A DNA stretch of 64,000 nucleotides from positions 103,974,001 to 104,038,000 of the forward strand of contig OX597814.1 in NCBI GenBank assembly GCA_951406725.2. The letters are read 5' to 3'. The position numbers were made by a program, and so were the translations under genes. The number at the start of each line of letters is the position of its first letter. The stretch's first letter is position 1. The notes beneath the pieces were generated by a model. The model had not been told where the DNA came from and searched no databases. It was given only the letters and a program-made list of their open reading frames with translations. Shown in pieces: positions 25,257 through 39,600 of this stretch. Source of the stretch: Octopus vulgaris. Its lineage: Eukaryota.

Positions 25257-28200
25257 TTCATGAAAGAACGTTTTCCAGTTGTAGTTGATGTTATGATGAT
25301 GATGATACCAAACTATACAAGCCAAAACTGTCATAGTCCTTTTTTTCCATTATATTTATGCCACTGTTATATAATATTATTATTATTATTCTTTTTATTT
25401 ATTTTACTGAAATTCTTTTCATTTGTTGAAAATTGCTTTCCTTTTATTATCTTTTAGCAATTGTTTTTGTTTACATTTCAAATTATTTTGGGTGAAATAT
25501 CAAAATAAATTCTTCATTTTTCAACATTTAGATTTTAATGATTCAGACATTGCATTCAGTCCTTAGGCAAGGCTCTCACCTCTCCATATTTAATGTTTCA
25601 TGATTAAAATGTTAATAAGTTGCAGAAAAAAAAAACATTTCTTTTTAGTGTTAGTTTTGTAAAGAAAAGTTGTGGTTTGAAGGAGGAGAAATGAGTTTTG
25701 ACCTTTACTGGACACCACACACCCCTGCCCAGACACTGAGGTTTGGTTTGAACAACATTTACAATTTCTGCATAAAAACAGGAAGATTCCAGAGGAAACG
25801 GTACCTAACAGCAGCACCATTTCATAGATGTAAGTTGTACCCCATTGTAGGTCCATGTTAATGTATGTGGTGCAGCTGTCAGCTGGACTCCTGTGGTACT
25901 CTAGTGCTAGCCTAATGTAGGTGTGTATGGTCTCTGTAGAATCGGCCATCATTCTTTGGCACCTGACTCCAGTCCCGTCTTTGGATCACTTCAATGCAGA
26001 GTGTCATCTGCTCAATAATCAGAATAAATAATCACCCATCAGGACCATTTCTGATCCTATACTTGGTCTGTATCTACTGATGGCTTTTGAGCCATTACTG
26101 TGGAAACTAGAGGACAAGATATTTTGTGACAGATGTCAGCTATAGCATCAACAGAGATTCCTGCACTGAGCAGAGGTGGTCAACTTTTGTTAGGCACACC
26201 TTTCCACGGCTCAAGTTTGGGCATTTGGCATCTGGAATACCATCATGTGTTCACCAATCTCTAGCAGTTGGGGTCAGTGGAACTTAGTGTCAATCAGGCA
26301 GAATCGGTGGAGCATTGGCCAAAATATTCTGTGCTGCTTGCTTTGGTTTTTATTTTGGTTGTTTTTTTTGTGTTTTGAGTTCAAATCCCACTGGTTCATC
26401 AGTTTTTATTTTGTTTTGTGTGTGTGTGTGTTTTGAGTTCAAATTCCATTGGTTCATTGGTGTATTAGACAAAATTACTTTTTGTGGTTCTTTACATTCT
26501 GAGTTCAAATCCAACCAGACTCAACTTGTCCCTTCATCTTTTACCAATCAAATTCCAAGGTCAGTTTGTCTTCCCCCTCCCCTCAAGATTGCTGGCCTTG
26601 TGCCATGATTAATACAAATTATCATCATCATCATCATCATCTTATTTTTAATCAGTTTTCCTTCATTTTTTTCCTTATTTTCTTATTTTATTTCTTTTCT
26701 TTAGGTTTTATGCTGTTTTAAACCAAAACTTTAATTCAAAATTAACACATTTTTTAAATTATTAATTTCAAATTCTGCATAAACTTTTTCTATCACTGTT
26801 TTCAGAATTATTGTGCTTCATTTTTTTTTTCTGTTTCATTTTTTCCTATTTATAATATTCAAATCTGTTTAATTTAATCAAAACTAAGAATTGGAAAATA
26901 TAATGACTTAACAATATTCTTCAAGTGCTCTGATATTTATTTTTACTTTAATTATAAAAATGTGTTATTGTTAAATGCTCCACCAATTTTATTTTATTTT
27001 TTTTTTTCTAGAAATACAAACTTAAAACGATTCATCAAATGTATAAAAATGTATAAAAAAACATGATAAGTAAAATTGGAACATTTTATAGTTTTCTTCA
27101 ATTTTACCACAATTGTTCCTGTTGATCGTAGCCTAACTTTTAATTCTTTATTTTTTAAAGGTCCATTATGATCAAAATAATTTGGCATTGGTTTTCATGT
27201 TTTGTCAACACTGTAAAAGTTTACAATTTAATTTTTAAAAATTGGTGATGAAAAAATGCAAAAAAAAAACAAAACAAAATGACTGAAGATTGAAGTTGAT
27301 GTGATCCAGATGATATCTATAGAATAATGCTTAACAATTGGTTAAAACATGGCTCCGCAGTTTGATACTTGTTTTATATTTTTTATTCAGATGAAGTCTA
27401 TTCTGCTCAAACTTCACTTTTAGTTTTCACCTCCTTCCCTTATATGAGAAATAAAATAAATGTTTAAGTTGATGAAGTATCGGACTAACTGCTTCAGATC
27501 CATCAACAGTTCAGCTCTACCACATAGCCATTTAATTTTGATCTGGGATAGATCGTGTATTTTACACTCTGACATTCATTTAGTTGATGGAAATCGATAC
27601 ATGATCTGAAATTGTCTGATATTCCATCTATTAATTAGAGTGCTACTAATTATCAAATGATATGTAATTGATTAAATCTTCCTGGAGCTGTTGGAATTAG
27701 AAACAGGATATTCTCAAATTGATTGAGGTTACAACTATGTACACTATATTCTGTAACTGACTAGCAACTCATTCAAAGAAAGATATTACTAACATTAGTA
27801 TTGCTACTGAAAATGCAACTGGACTCTGCAAGATGTGGATAACAACAGTATTTTCTAACCATCTGTCGCCATTCCAAAGAATTGTCTGTTCTGATTCATC
27901 ACTAATAATAATAATAATAATAATAGTAATAATAATATTTTCATAAAACTTTTATGAAAGGACACATGTCAAATTAATCATCATCCTATGATGATGACAT
28001 GTCAAGCTAATGAGTGGTTTTCACAAATGAAAATATTTACTGCTGAAGAGTTATTTAGAATAATAAAAATTAAAATAGGGTCTCTTCATGTAAATCGTAC
28101 ACACACACACATACATATTTATAAATACATTCATTTACATTTATGAATGCATATATGTGTGTGTGTATAACTCTTACATTATGATTGTACACACACACAC

Positions 28201-28689
28201 AAATATATATGTGTGTGTGTATATATATATGTGTGTGTATATATATATATATGTGTGTATATATATATGCATACATATATATTTGTGTATGTGTGTGTAC
28301 TATCATACTGTAAGAGTTGTAAATATATTAAGGTATTTTTTCCATAGTTCAAACTTTACCTGATATTGAACTTAAAATAGTGTGTAGAGTGAATAGACAA
28401 TAATTCCATGAGAAGTTGAGTTTTGAGCTCAGCTGAGCAACTCATATGTTGTTGTTGTTGCTGTCGTCGTCATCATCATCATCTTTATTGTTCCAACATG
28501 CACTTCTCTATGCTTGACATGAACCAGATGGAAATCATTGCCCTTTCTGTCACCAACCCTTATTTGTTTCCATTCCTCACCATGGCTGGACATGTTTCCA
28601 TGCAAGAATGAAAATTTACAAAAATGGCTTGCAGATGTGATGCTGCTGCTCATTTACAGCCATCACATATCAAGACTAGAAAACTCAAG

Positions 28690-28724
<35 letters not shown>

Positions 28725-29473
28725 CTATACATATTCATCCATGTATCTATTTCATCATCATCATCATTTGACATCTGTTTTCCGTGCTGGCATGGGCTGG
28801 CAACCCAGAGAGCTGCACCAGGCTCCATTTGTTTGTCTGTTTTGGCATGGTTTCTACAGCTAGGTGCCCTTCTTAATGCCAACCACTTTACAGAGTATAC
28901 TCGGTGCTTCTGGCTTGGCACCAACAGCAATGAAGTCACTTGCAAGACAAAGAGTGGGGAGTGGTATTGAAGTGGTGGTGGTGGTGGGGGGGTAATTCTA
29001 TTGCTATTATAGAAGACCCTTGCCTGAGGTGTCACACAATGGCACTGCAACCCCTGTCATGCCTGCAGCGGTGTGGCTCAGTAGCTCTCTTCAAAACCTC
29101 ACCATTAGGGGTTCAGTCCCACTGCATCAACACTGTTGGTTACCTCCTTCAGCCATGGGTTGACCAATTCCTTGTAAGGGAAAATGGTAACGGAAGAAGC
29201 CTGTCCTGTGTGTGTGGCTGTGCATTTCCACCTCATCATGATAGGTTTGCATGAGGATGGACACAAGAACATCATCATTCTTGCAGATGGAGTAATTCAT
29301 TTGCTATTCACTGTAAAAACATATGTGGGTTTCTTGAAACAAAAGCCTCACCAGTTGTACAAAACAAAGAAAGGGCTGGGGTCGATTCATTCGACTAAAA
29401 TCCTTCAAGGCAGTTCCCCAGCATGGCTCCACTCTAATGACTGGAACAAGTAAAAGATAAATATATATATAAA

Positions 29474-29506
<33 letters not shown>

Positions 29507-29798
29507 GGTTTGTTTAGTCATGTTTACATCTGATTTTTCATGATAGCTTGGTTAGACAGACATGGTGTTCAGGTATTTTTTTTACAGCCAGATGCCTTTT
29601 CTGATGCTAACACTTACCTATATTTCAAGTAAGGGATTTTTTTTATTCTCCACAGTTTCAAAGGGATGAAGTGAGTAGACAAGCCATTGACAACACAACA
29701 CTGAATGACATTCAAATAAACAAGCGCAGATGTATATCCAGGCACACATGCATGTGTGGATGCACACACACACACTTATATGCAGTCATATTATATGC

Positions 29799-29830
<32 letters not shown>

Positions 29831-30974
29831 TGTACTAATTTGCTGGAACTATTACTGATATGTTTAATACAAAATTGGATGTTTCGTTTTAAATTTCCAT
29901 AACAAAAATTTTCTCTTCCTGTTTTTTATTTTCTTTGGGATTTTCTTAAATTATATTTTATTTATTTATTCCATTTTTCCATTTCCCTCTAAACTTCTAC
30001 TTTGTGTTGCAAAATTGGTAAAAAATTTTCATTGAAGAACATGTCTGGTATTATTCCATAACTTCTTGCCATATTCATGTATTTGGTAGCTAAAACTGCT
30101 TCACCGTAATTTTTACAAGAGAAAGGTTTCTCTTTGTTTTGTCAAAATATTCTATCCAATTTCTTCTCTTTTCTTAAATTTGATGCCAACCAAATTGTTT
30201 TTGTTATTTACCTTGCAATTCCATCCAAAGTGTTGAACCAGAAAAAGATGAGATCCCAAATGTAGAAATATTGTTGATTCCTTGTAAATAAAATGATAAC
30301 TTGTATGCTTGTTAGATATTATCTGCTCAAGGAGGGCTCACTGTCGACACATCACAACCGTTTTTAGTTTTTATGATTTCAGTTCAAAACTTTGAACTTT
30401 ATCAAACACAAAAGAAGAAAAAAAAAAGAAAACCATTTTAATTAGCACTTGTTAACAAAGGCAATCCATTATTTCTTTATTATGAATTGTTTTCAACAGT
30501 TTTAATTAACGAGTTTTATTTATCTGTGTTCTAGAAGAGCTGTTTTTGATTTAAAGAAAAATAAAAGATTATTTATTTGAATATTTCAGTTTTATTTTGA
30601 CTTCAGTAACGTTGAATCACCAAGCATAAACATTTTGTTATTTTCCTCTTCATTTTTCTTTTCTCTGTTTGACTAATTGACAAATATATCTATTTAATCC
30701 TAACCCTGAATAATTATCTTAATTAAAAAATATTCTATTATCTGAACAGTCTGAAAAGTAGAAATATATTACAAGTTTTTGTTTGTTTTACTCTCTAATT
30801 GCAAAATATTCTCTTGCATGTCTCATATTCTTGATTCCCCCACACACAAACACTTATCGCGGTGCTATTACATCATAAGAGAGAAATGAAATCATGATAA
30901 CTGCTTTCAAACATGTTTCTTTCAATATCAACTTAGAGACATTACTTTAAGTTTTTTCTTTGGTTCTATTACAT

Positions 30975-31014
<40 letters not shown>

Positions 31015-31111
31015 ACATGCACACGTTCTTATGTCAAGTTATATAAGAAAAACAAGGTAACATGAAATGGAAGGATTACCCAGTATTTTTTATTAGAGAA
31101 CACATTCAGTA

Positions 31112-31235
31112 AACTTTTAAAGGAAAATTGCTGACAGTAACTTCAAAGTTTCAGTTTGCTTGCTTTCATCAGACTCTTATGAAGGCAAGCTAGTTGAAAC
31201 TTTGAAGTCACTGTCAACCGTTTCTTTGTAAAAGT

Positions 31236-31236
<1 letters not shown>
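31112..31236. repeat. near-perfect palindrome made of two divergently oriented degenerate hammerhead cores
   Basis: Minus arm agtCTGATGAaagcaagcaaactGAAActttgaagttactgtc; plus arm CTtATGAaggcaagctagttGAAActttgaaGTCactgtc. A fragment of the same family lies at 19185-19240. Confidence 0.7.
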
Positions 31237-31269
<33 letters not shown>

Positions 31270-34031
31270 GTATATAAGCAAACAAAATGGGAGAGTTAGG
31301 AAACAAGAAGAGTTTTAATAATTCCGTAGAGGTTACAGCTGTTTCATAATCCACTCAGAATTATATCATCAATTTCAATGTAGAGATATATATAAACACA
31401 CATGGAATATATATATATATATATATATTATACACAAACAGACAATGCATCCATATGCATATAATGATATGGTGATGATGTAGAGAAGAAAGAAGACTAC
31501 AGCCACAGACCATATGAGGAAGAATGCCTCAAAGACTCTGCAGATATTAGTATAATAGTGATTCATGATGTGGAATGGATAGAATAATAGAGAAATTAAT
31601 AAGGCAGATGGTAATTAATCAAAAAACAAGACAAAACAACAAAGTCCATGAAAAATGGAGATTTGCACATAGCAAATCATTTACCTGACAAGGACACCTC
31701 CAAAATCAAATACATCCACACACTCTCTCTCGCTCCTTTTCTCTCTCTACTTCTCTCTCCCTTTCACTTTCTATCTCCTCTCTCTCTCTACTTCACTGTC
31801 TGTCTTCTCCCTACTTCTCTCTCTCTCTCTCTCTCCCTAAATGGACAGTGGAGAGATGATGCTGTTCTCATTTCAAATGTCCCTGATGATGGAACCATTT
31901 AAATCTAAAACATATTCCACCAAAAAAAAAAAGGTGGGGGCCCACTGCTGCTTTGCAATTCTTATCCTTTGTATTTAAAATCATGGACATTTGGAGTTGC
32001 AAAGTTTGTATTTTTGATGCCAGAGTCAAATGGTGAATTCTGAAACTGCAGATTATTTAGAACATTCGCAGATCTCTTGTACAAGTCACCTAAAACCTGC
32101 AGCTCAACCAGACGTGTTGATATTGGTGAACCCCATTGACACAGTGGATTGTTGTGACAATAAGGAGGATTCACTTCCCATGCAGAGTGTTTCAGATATC
32201 TTCTTACACTCCAACCTTGTTAGGGTTTAAAGTCAACACTATGAAACACTAGTGAAACACTTGTTAATGATACACTTCTCCCACTGCTTGCAGTGGTCAG
32301 CTGATCTACTCCATATTACTTATTTCTAACTAGGTTAATGACCAGGGTTTAGTATGTTGGCCCCAAATGGACACAGTACAGTGCTAATAGTAGTTGTAGT
32401 GGGACGGGGGTGGGGGGTATGTGCTGTAACAACACATCACTGCATCCATCATTTGTTGGTGATTTCCTACAACCCCTGGCAGATGATACTGTTGCACCGC
32501 TCAGGCAACAACTCTCCAACCTGTGGGTTTATCATGAGTAGTTGTTGCTGGTGAAGGTTTTACAAGGTCACAGTGCAAATCCTACCCCAACCTCTTTTAT
32601 GACAAGGGAAATATTGGGTCCATTCTTTGACATGCTGGTCCCCACACAGCATTTCAGCAATGTGAAATGCAGTGTTTTTCTCAAGAGCATAATATACTGC
32701 CTTGTCTGGAAAATGAACCCACAAACTTCTAATCAGGACTGCAGCACCCTAAACACTAAGCTATGCACCTTCACACTGCTAGTCATTGCAGCCAATCCTT
32801 TAAGCAGTCAGTTCCACCATCTTGGTTGCAATTATTATTTCATGAGCTTTTAACTCTAAAAACTCGTTAGCTCTTCTCTAATGAACAAAGTTATGTAAGG
32901 AATCACCAACATTAATTGCTATTTTATTATAAGACAAACACACTTTGAAACTATTTCTAACATAATTCAGTTAATTAGTTAATTAGAGAGTGGGGTGGGA
33001 TAGGAGGAGAAACCATTTTAACTGTGATTTAATTTCAAAAATAAATTTTACAGATTAATTAGTTTTGATATTTAAATGAAAGTACATGTTAAATATAAGA
33101 TGATTTTGCATATATAAATGTTTTTTATAAGCTAATAATGATAATGATAATAATAATGATAATTAATAATTAGTTACTATTTATTGGCAGGTTTTATGTT
33201 GTGGTATTTCAATGGTGTTTACTGGGCTGACAATCATAGTTTTCTTATTTATTATATTATAATAATCTGTTGTTTTTTTTTTGTTGTTGTTTTTTTGTTG
33301 TTTTTTTATTTGGTTTTTGGTTTTCTTTTATTAGAAAATAAATTCTAGAGAAAGAAGCTTTTTTTGTTCTGAAATGTATTTAAAAAGAGGAAAGATATCT
33401 AGCCATTCCTTCATGAAAAATTTGTTTCACTAAATGCTCTACTAAATATTATTAAAATCATGATAAAATACGATAATCTTATATTTATGTAACTTTTCAG
33501 TCAAACTATTTTTCTGCCATATTTTGGTTTTTCAAAACAAAGAAAAAACGTTTCTAATCAGTGAAAAATTAACTTTTCTCTTAAATTTGGAATAAAGCAG
33601 GCTTTATCATGATCAACCTTAAAATATTGACTTTTTAATTTTTTTTTTATGTATTTTAGAGAATTCATTCTCCTGGAAAATGTTATTTTTTTAAAACTAT
33701 TTTTCTTGTTGTTGTTGCTTTATTTACTTTTTATTTTTTAAACATAACCGAATGATCCCAACTAGTTAAACTTTACAACTAATTAGTCATTAATCTACTC
33801 TAGGTTAATTAAAATATGTTGAAAGAATTGCAGTGAACACCTTTCTTATTTTTATGTTTAGATTTTCTTACTGTTTTTTTTTTAATTAACTTTAAAATGT
33901 TTTTCCAAGTTCCTTCATTTCTTTCCAAATGCTGCTTCCTTCCTGTTGCATAAAACTGTTCTCTTTCCTTACCAAGGGATTACTATGGAAACAGCTATTA
34001 GTTCTTAAAATTCTTGATATTATTATGATTA

Positions 34032-34066
<35 letters not shown>

Positions 34067-35054
34067 GTTATGTTTTTGCCAAATGTTCAATAAATAGTTA
34101 CAAGTTATTAACTTTGAAAAAAAAAAGTTGTTCTTGTTCATTTTTCTTGTCTTTTTTTATATATATATATATCTTTACAAATCTTGTCCTTCACCAAACA
34201 GTTGATGTTTCTGCTGTGATAGAATCAAATCTGGTGCCATCCACGATTCTCTGTATTCATTGGTAGATTGTCACTCACCTCTGCAATTGCTAATCATTGA
34301 CACAAAGATCCACAAGACCATCATTTCCACATTGGCTGGAAATGGTTTTAACTTTCTGTCTAAAACTGAGACTTTATTCTAAACCCTGGTGCCTTCTTGA
34401 ATATTTCCCAAGTAATTCTAGCAGGTTCATTTGGTATTCTCATACACACTAAACATGTCATTGTGTTCCCTAGGGCTCAATGATGTAATGAGCTTTTATA
34501 CTGGTGTAGGTAATGACATTGGATGAGGGCGGTGTGAGTCATACATAGCTTGTTAGTGTGTTTGTTGGTAGACATCCCATTGTTATTGAATTGGGTCTCG
34601 GGAAATATTATTTCCATGTTCAAAATATGAAACTGTTGTTAGTATTCTTGAATTTACCATTATTATTTATTTACTTATCATTTTCTCTCTCTCTCTCTTC
34701 CCTCTCTCTCTTACTTTCTATCTTTCCTTATATAAAGAAAGGGAAAGAGTGATAGAAAGTAAGAGAAATCCTATATATAACATGTGTAAGATTATGCGGC
34801 AAAGAGAGATATGCAGACAAGATGTGGAATCAGGCAAGCAAAGGTCTGTGACTGGAAAACCGTACAAATAGAAAGCAAAAATGCAACAATCAAAGACATA
34901 AACAATGAAAATAAACATGTTTAAAAGGAAAAAAACAAGTGAATCTAACGTTCTGGGTGAGAGCCTTTATTAAAGGGAAAGGATAAAGAGAAGCAAGAGA
35001 TAGAGGAAATATGTACACATCTTAAATTTGGTGTTGTATATTTTTTCTCTTGTC

Positions 35055-36620
35055 TTCTTCAGGCTGATGGTCGACCTGAAATCTTGACAAGCTCTTGTGA
35101 GACTTTCCAGGCAGATCCTTCTCCTAATTGGTTACCAGTGCTATTTCATCTGTAAATGTCTCTGGTGAGCACTCCACATACTTTGGTTATTTTTCTTTTT
35201 CCTTCAGTCAAGACAGATTGAGCAGTTTCTCATTTGATTTTGTGTGAAGATAACACCACCAGTTGATGTTCTAAAGGCATGACAGCAAAGAAGATATCAA
35301 ACAGAACAGAAACAAGCATACAGCCCTGTTCCACTCCACTGCAGAAACTGAATGATTCTGAGAAAGAGCCAGTGAATTGAATAATTCTTTCCGTATATGT
35401 GGAATGAATGAAAAATCTTCAATAAACATCTGATATTGACAAAGATTTTGAATAGGTTGTCTCTGTTCTCAAGGTTGGAGGCCTTTGTGAGGTCAGTGAA
35501 AGCAATGTTAAGTGATCGTCTTTGCAATTTGCAGTTACCTTGCTGTTGTCATGGAGGTAAGATGATGTCACATGTGGATTATTCTGGTTGGAACCTGCCG
35601 TGAAAGTCAGAGTCTTCATTTTCAGCAATTTTCTTCAATCTATGACCAGATAAACAGAGACTTTTCTTGCCAATGCCCAGCAAGAAGATTCCTCTGTAAT
35701 CATTGCATTCATTACAATTCCCTTTGTTCTTGAACAGAGCAACTGTCTTGCATTCTTGCAATCTTCTGTGGCACTGCTCCTTCAGTAGTTTGTTTAGGTG
35801 CCACATTTGATGGCCTACGATGGAATGTCATCCAATCCTGGTACCTTGCCAGTGTGAAGACAATCAACAGTGTTTCTCACTTCCTTGGTAATTGACAGTC
35901 TATCCAGTTCCTCCCTCACTGGCAAACATTCCATGATGTCTAACACACTGAGATGGTGTTCTCTGTAGAGTTTGGAATAATTCTCTACTTGTCTTTCCAC
36001 CTGCTTCTCTTTGTCTTTGATGGTCTCGTCCGTTATGGTTTTCAATGGTGCTGTCATGGTTGGGTTGATGACCCCCAAACATTCCATGGAAGTCACCTGT
36101 ATCAAATGATGATTAAATACCTTTGCAAAGTTATGGCGTCTGGCTGTTCTTAATACTTGCAATGTTACCTGGTTTGGTCAGCATTGATATTTTGTATAGT
36201 TCAGTATGCTTTGCCTCATTAACACTGGTCAACTTGACCGAACTTGTTTCAAGCCAGTCCTCTGCTTTGCTTTTTTTCTTACCAATGACCTTCAGTGCAG
36301 CAATGTGAATCGTATTCCTTCTAAAAATCCCATCTCGTCTGTGCCTCCCTGTTTCATGTTGGCACCTGCAGGGAGCTCCTCCTGTAATCTGGTGAACTTT
36401 TCTGCCTTACCTGGATATCGTATTTTACTGACATCAGTGCACTGTTTTCCGGGTCGTTTCCTATGATGTATCTTCTTTGATTGAAGTTTGATCTTGCAGC
36501 AAACCAAAGAGTGATCTGTATCACAGTCAGCTCTCTGGAATGATAGAATCATGAGAACATTCCTCAAATGGCAATGTCTTGTCATTATCAGGACTAGTTG
36601 GCAGCAATGTTGAAACGACG
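35055..36620 (-). mobile_element. decayed RTE (BovB-like) LINE fragment: endonuclease C-terminus, linker and RT
   Basis: Peptides ADCDTDHSLV (APE endonuclease end), GKVPGLDDIP, LFKNKG..CNDYRGI.LL, IAFTDLTKA and TISLKKT, broken by many stops and frameshifts. Confidence 0.85.
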
Positions 36621-39600
36621 TTTGATCAGGACGCGATGAATTGTCTGGCACCAACATTGTGCCAGGATGGTACCGTAAAGGAGTTCAGCAGAGGAGAAAC
36701 CTAAGTCTGTTTTAACAACAGTGTGACAATCAAGAAGAACGATAGGCAGGAATTCTGTCCAAGACTGTGGATCAGGAGTGGCGCGTAGAGCAGCCTTCAG
36801 TTGCCTGTGAAAACGTTTGACCATTCCGTTGGAAGATGGATGGTAGCTGGTCATACGAATGTGATGAACGCCTAGGATTCGTGACAATTCACAAAATAAG
36901 GAAGCTTCGAACTGGCATCCACGATCAATGATTATTTTAGCTGGGACACCAAAGCGAGCAATCCAGTTAGAAACAAAAGCGCAAGAAACTGACTCAGCGG
37001 AAATGTCCACTATTGGAACGGCTTCAGGCCAACGAGAGAGACGATCGACACATGTCAATATATAAGAGAAATTGACTGATAGGCCATGGTCCAACCAGAT
37101 CAATGTGGACATGGCGAAAGTGAGTCTCCAGCAGAGAAAACTGTCCAAGAAGAGCGCGAATGTGCTTGTGGACTTTAGAATGCTGGCATTTCACACAAGA
37201 GTGTGCCCAAGCGGTGATCATACGGTGCATATTAGGCCAGAAAAACCGATCCGTAATAAGCTTCACTGAGACAACGATGCCAGGATGTGACGGTGAATGC
37301 AAAGCATCGAAAACAGAATGCTGGTGAATCGCAGGTACAAACGATCTGGGAGAACCAGTAGCTTGGTGGGAGTTAGATCCAATGTGTCCAGAACTGGCTG
37401 ACCCTGCGCAATGGCAGTTAAACCGATTGCAGCAAGAATTGAAAGATAACCTACAGCGAGACGAGAGAGTGCGTCAGCAGGCAGGTTCTCTGTTCCAGCT
37501 ATATGGCGAGTGTCACTCGTGAACTGAGAAATGTAGACCAGGTGAGGAAAAGCACGAGGCGAGTGTTTGTCCGATTTGGATGACAGAGCAAACGTAAGAG
37601 ACTTGTGATCAGTATAAATCACAAAATCCCGGCCCTCAAGTTGATGTTGAAAGTGACGAATTGACAGGGAGATCGCTAAGAGTTCACGATCAAATGTACT
37701 GTAACGACGCTCAGCTGGCTGTAATTGACGAGAAAAAATGCCAATGGCCGAGTTTGTCGACGGTATGTTGCAAAACAGCACCAACCGCAGAATCCGATGC
37801 ATCAACTGTTAAAGAGAGACAAGCATAAGGAGCCGGATGTGCAAGCAAGGGAACAGAAGCTCTTTCCTTCTTAATGGACTCAAACGAAGATAATGCCTCG
37901 GCAGAGAGAGTGATAGGAGCATCTCTCTTTGTATTTGCTTTCAGTAGTTGAGTCAATGGAAGTAACTTGCCTGCATATTTACGTATGAATCTTCTATAGA
38001 AGTTGACGATTCCCAAAAAGTGACGCAATTGGCGTAGATAAGTGAGATGCGTTAAATTGCATCAATATTGGAAGAGTGAGGTCTGATGCCATTTGAGTCG
38101 ATATAATGCCCCAGAAATTCCAGAGAGGACTGTCCGAAAACGCACTTATTGGGGTTGATTCGCACATTGTACGTGCGAAGAGGCTGAAAAGGTTGAGATA
38201 AGTGTTGGAGACGATTTTCATGCGTGTCGTTAGCTATGAGCAAATCATTGATGTAAGCGAACACAAAATCAACTTGGTCAATAAATCTCTGGAATGTGCT
38301 CGTTGCATTCTACAAACCGAAGCTCATAAACAGGAAATCGAAACTTCCAAAGGGGGTGGTAACGGCAGTTTTGAGAATGTCGTCAGTGTTCATTGGAATC
38401 TGATGATAAGCTTGGACGAGGTGAACCTTGGAAAAAATGGTACAACCATGCAAGTTTGAAGAAAAATCCTGAAGATTCCTTATGGGATAGCGATCGGGAA
38501 CAGTGACCGCATTTAAACGTCTGTAATACCTTACCTGGCGAAAGTTAGAATCCCCTTTCCGTGCCAAATGAAGAGGAGATGCCCAAGGGCTGGTAGAGGG
38601 GCGAATAAGGCCGATTTGAAGCATATTCTCAAATTCAGAACGAGCCTGTTCGATCTGATCAGGAGTGGACACGAAAATACGAGTGGTCCAGAAGTAATGA
38701 TATAATGGTGAGTCGAGTGTGTGACTTTTACTGATTTGAAAGTCGGATCTACCAGCTCTGGGTAAGAAGCCAAAATGGAGTGGAACTGGTCACCAGCGGT
38801 GGTGACAAAAAATGACGGACTGAAAACAGCATTAGTAGTAACACGAGTTGGCATAAAAAAAGACGTAGAATCGTCCACGAGTCTCTATCGCCTGACATCT
38901 ACTAATAAGTGAAAATGGTTTAAGAAGTCCGCGCCCAGAATGAGATATGGTAGATCTGCTATAACGAAAACCCACCTAAAATCCCTTCGAAGGTTGAGAT
39001 CTAGGTGTAATGAGACCTGACCGTAAGTTTTTATCGGGGACAGATTCACCGCGTGCAGGTTGATGGCAGATTGCTTTGGCTTGTCTGAAATAAAATGCAA
39101 AAGCCAAATAGAACAGCTGGATCCAGTGTCAACCATGAACGATTTGTCAGACACACGGTCCTTAACAAAGAATGCACGATTAGATGAAAATTTGCGGGAA
39201 GAATCTGACGTGCTCAAATCTTCCATAACTAGTTTCCCTACAACTTGAACAAACAGGGTTGGATGCAACGGCGGGCTTACTCTTTGAAAGTGATATGGTA
39301 CCAGCAGATATTGGAAACCATTGGAGTAGATCTAGTCGACCGTGACTTAGAACGGCTTCTGCTGAGGACGATGAGAGCTGGTGGGTTCTCGCCACAATGT
39401 GTCCATGCGACGTGCTAGTGCACCGACTTTCTCCAAAATATCGTCATGTGACGAGGGGGAAAACTTAGTGGTAATAGAGGAAGCTACTACAGTGTCAGAA
39501 CAGGTATGATGATGTGCAGGCTGCACAGTGGACTCAATAATTTTGTCCGCCATGGTGGCTAACTGGTCGAGCGAATTCGAGTCGACTGCTGTGGCCAGTA

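Noticed and set aside
32104-32222. Protein-like minus-strand frame (LECKKISETLCMGSESSLLSQQSTVSMGFTNINTSG*) and a possible small exon near 34278-34335
   Set aside because: Weak acceptor, no recognisable homology and no consistent exon chain.
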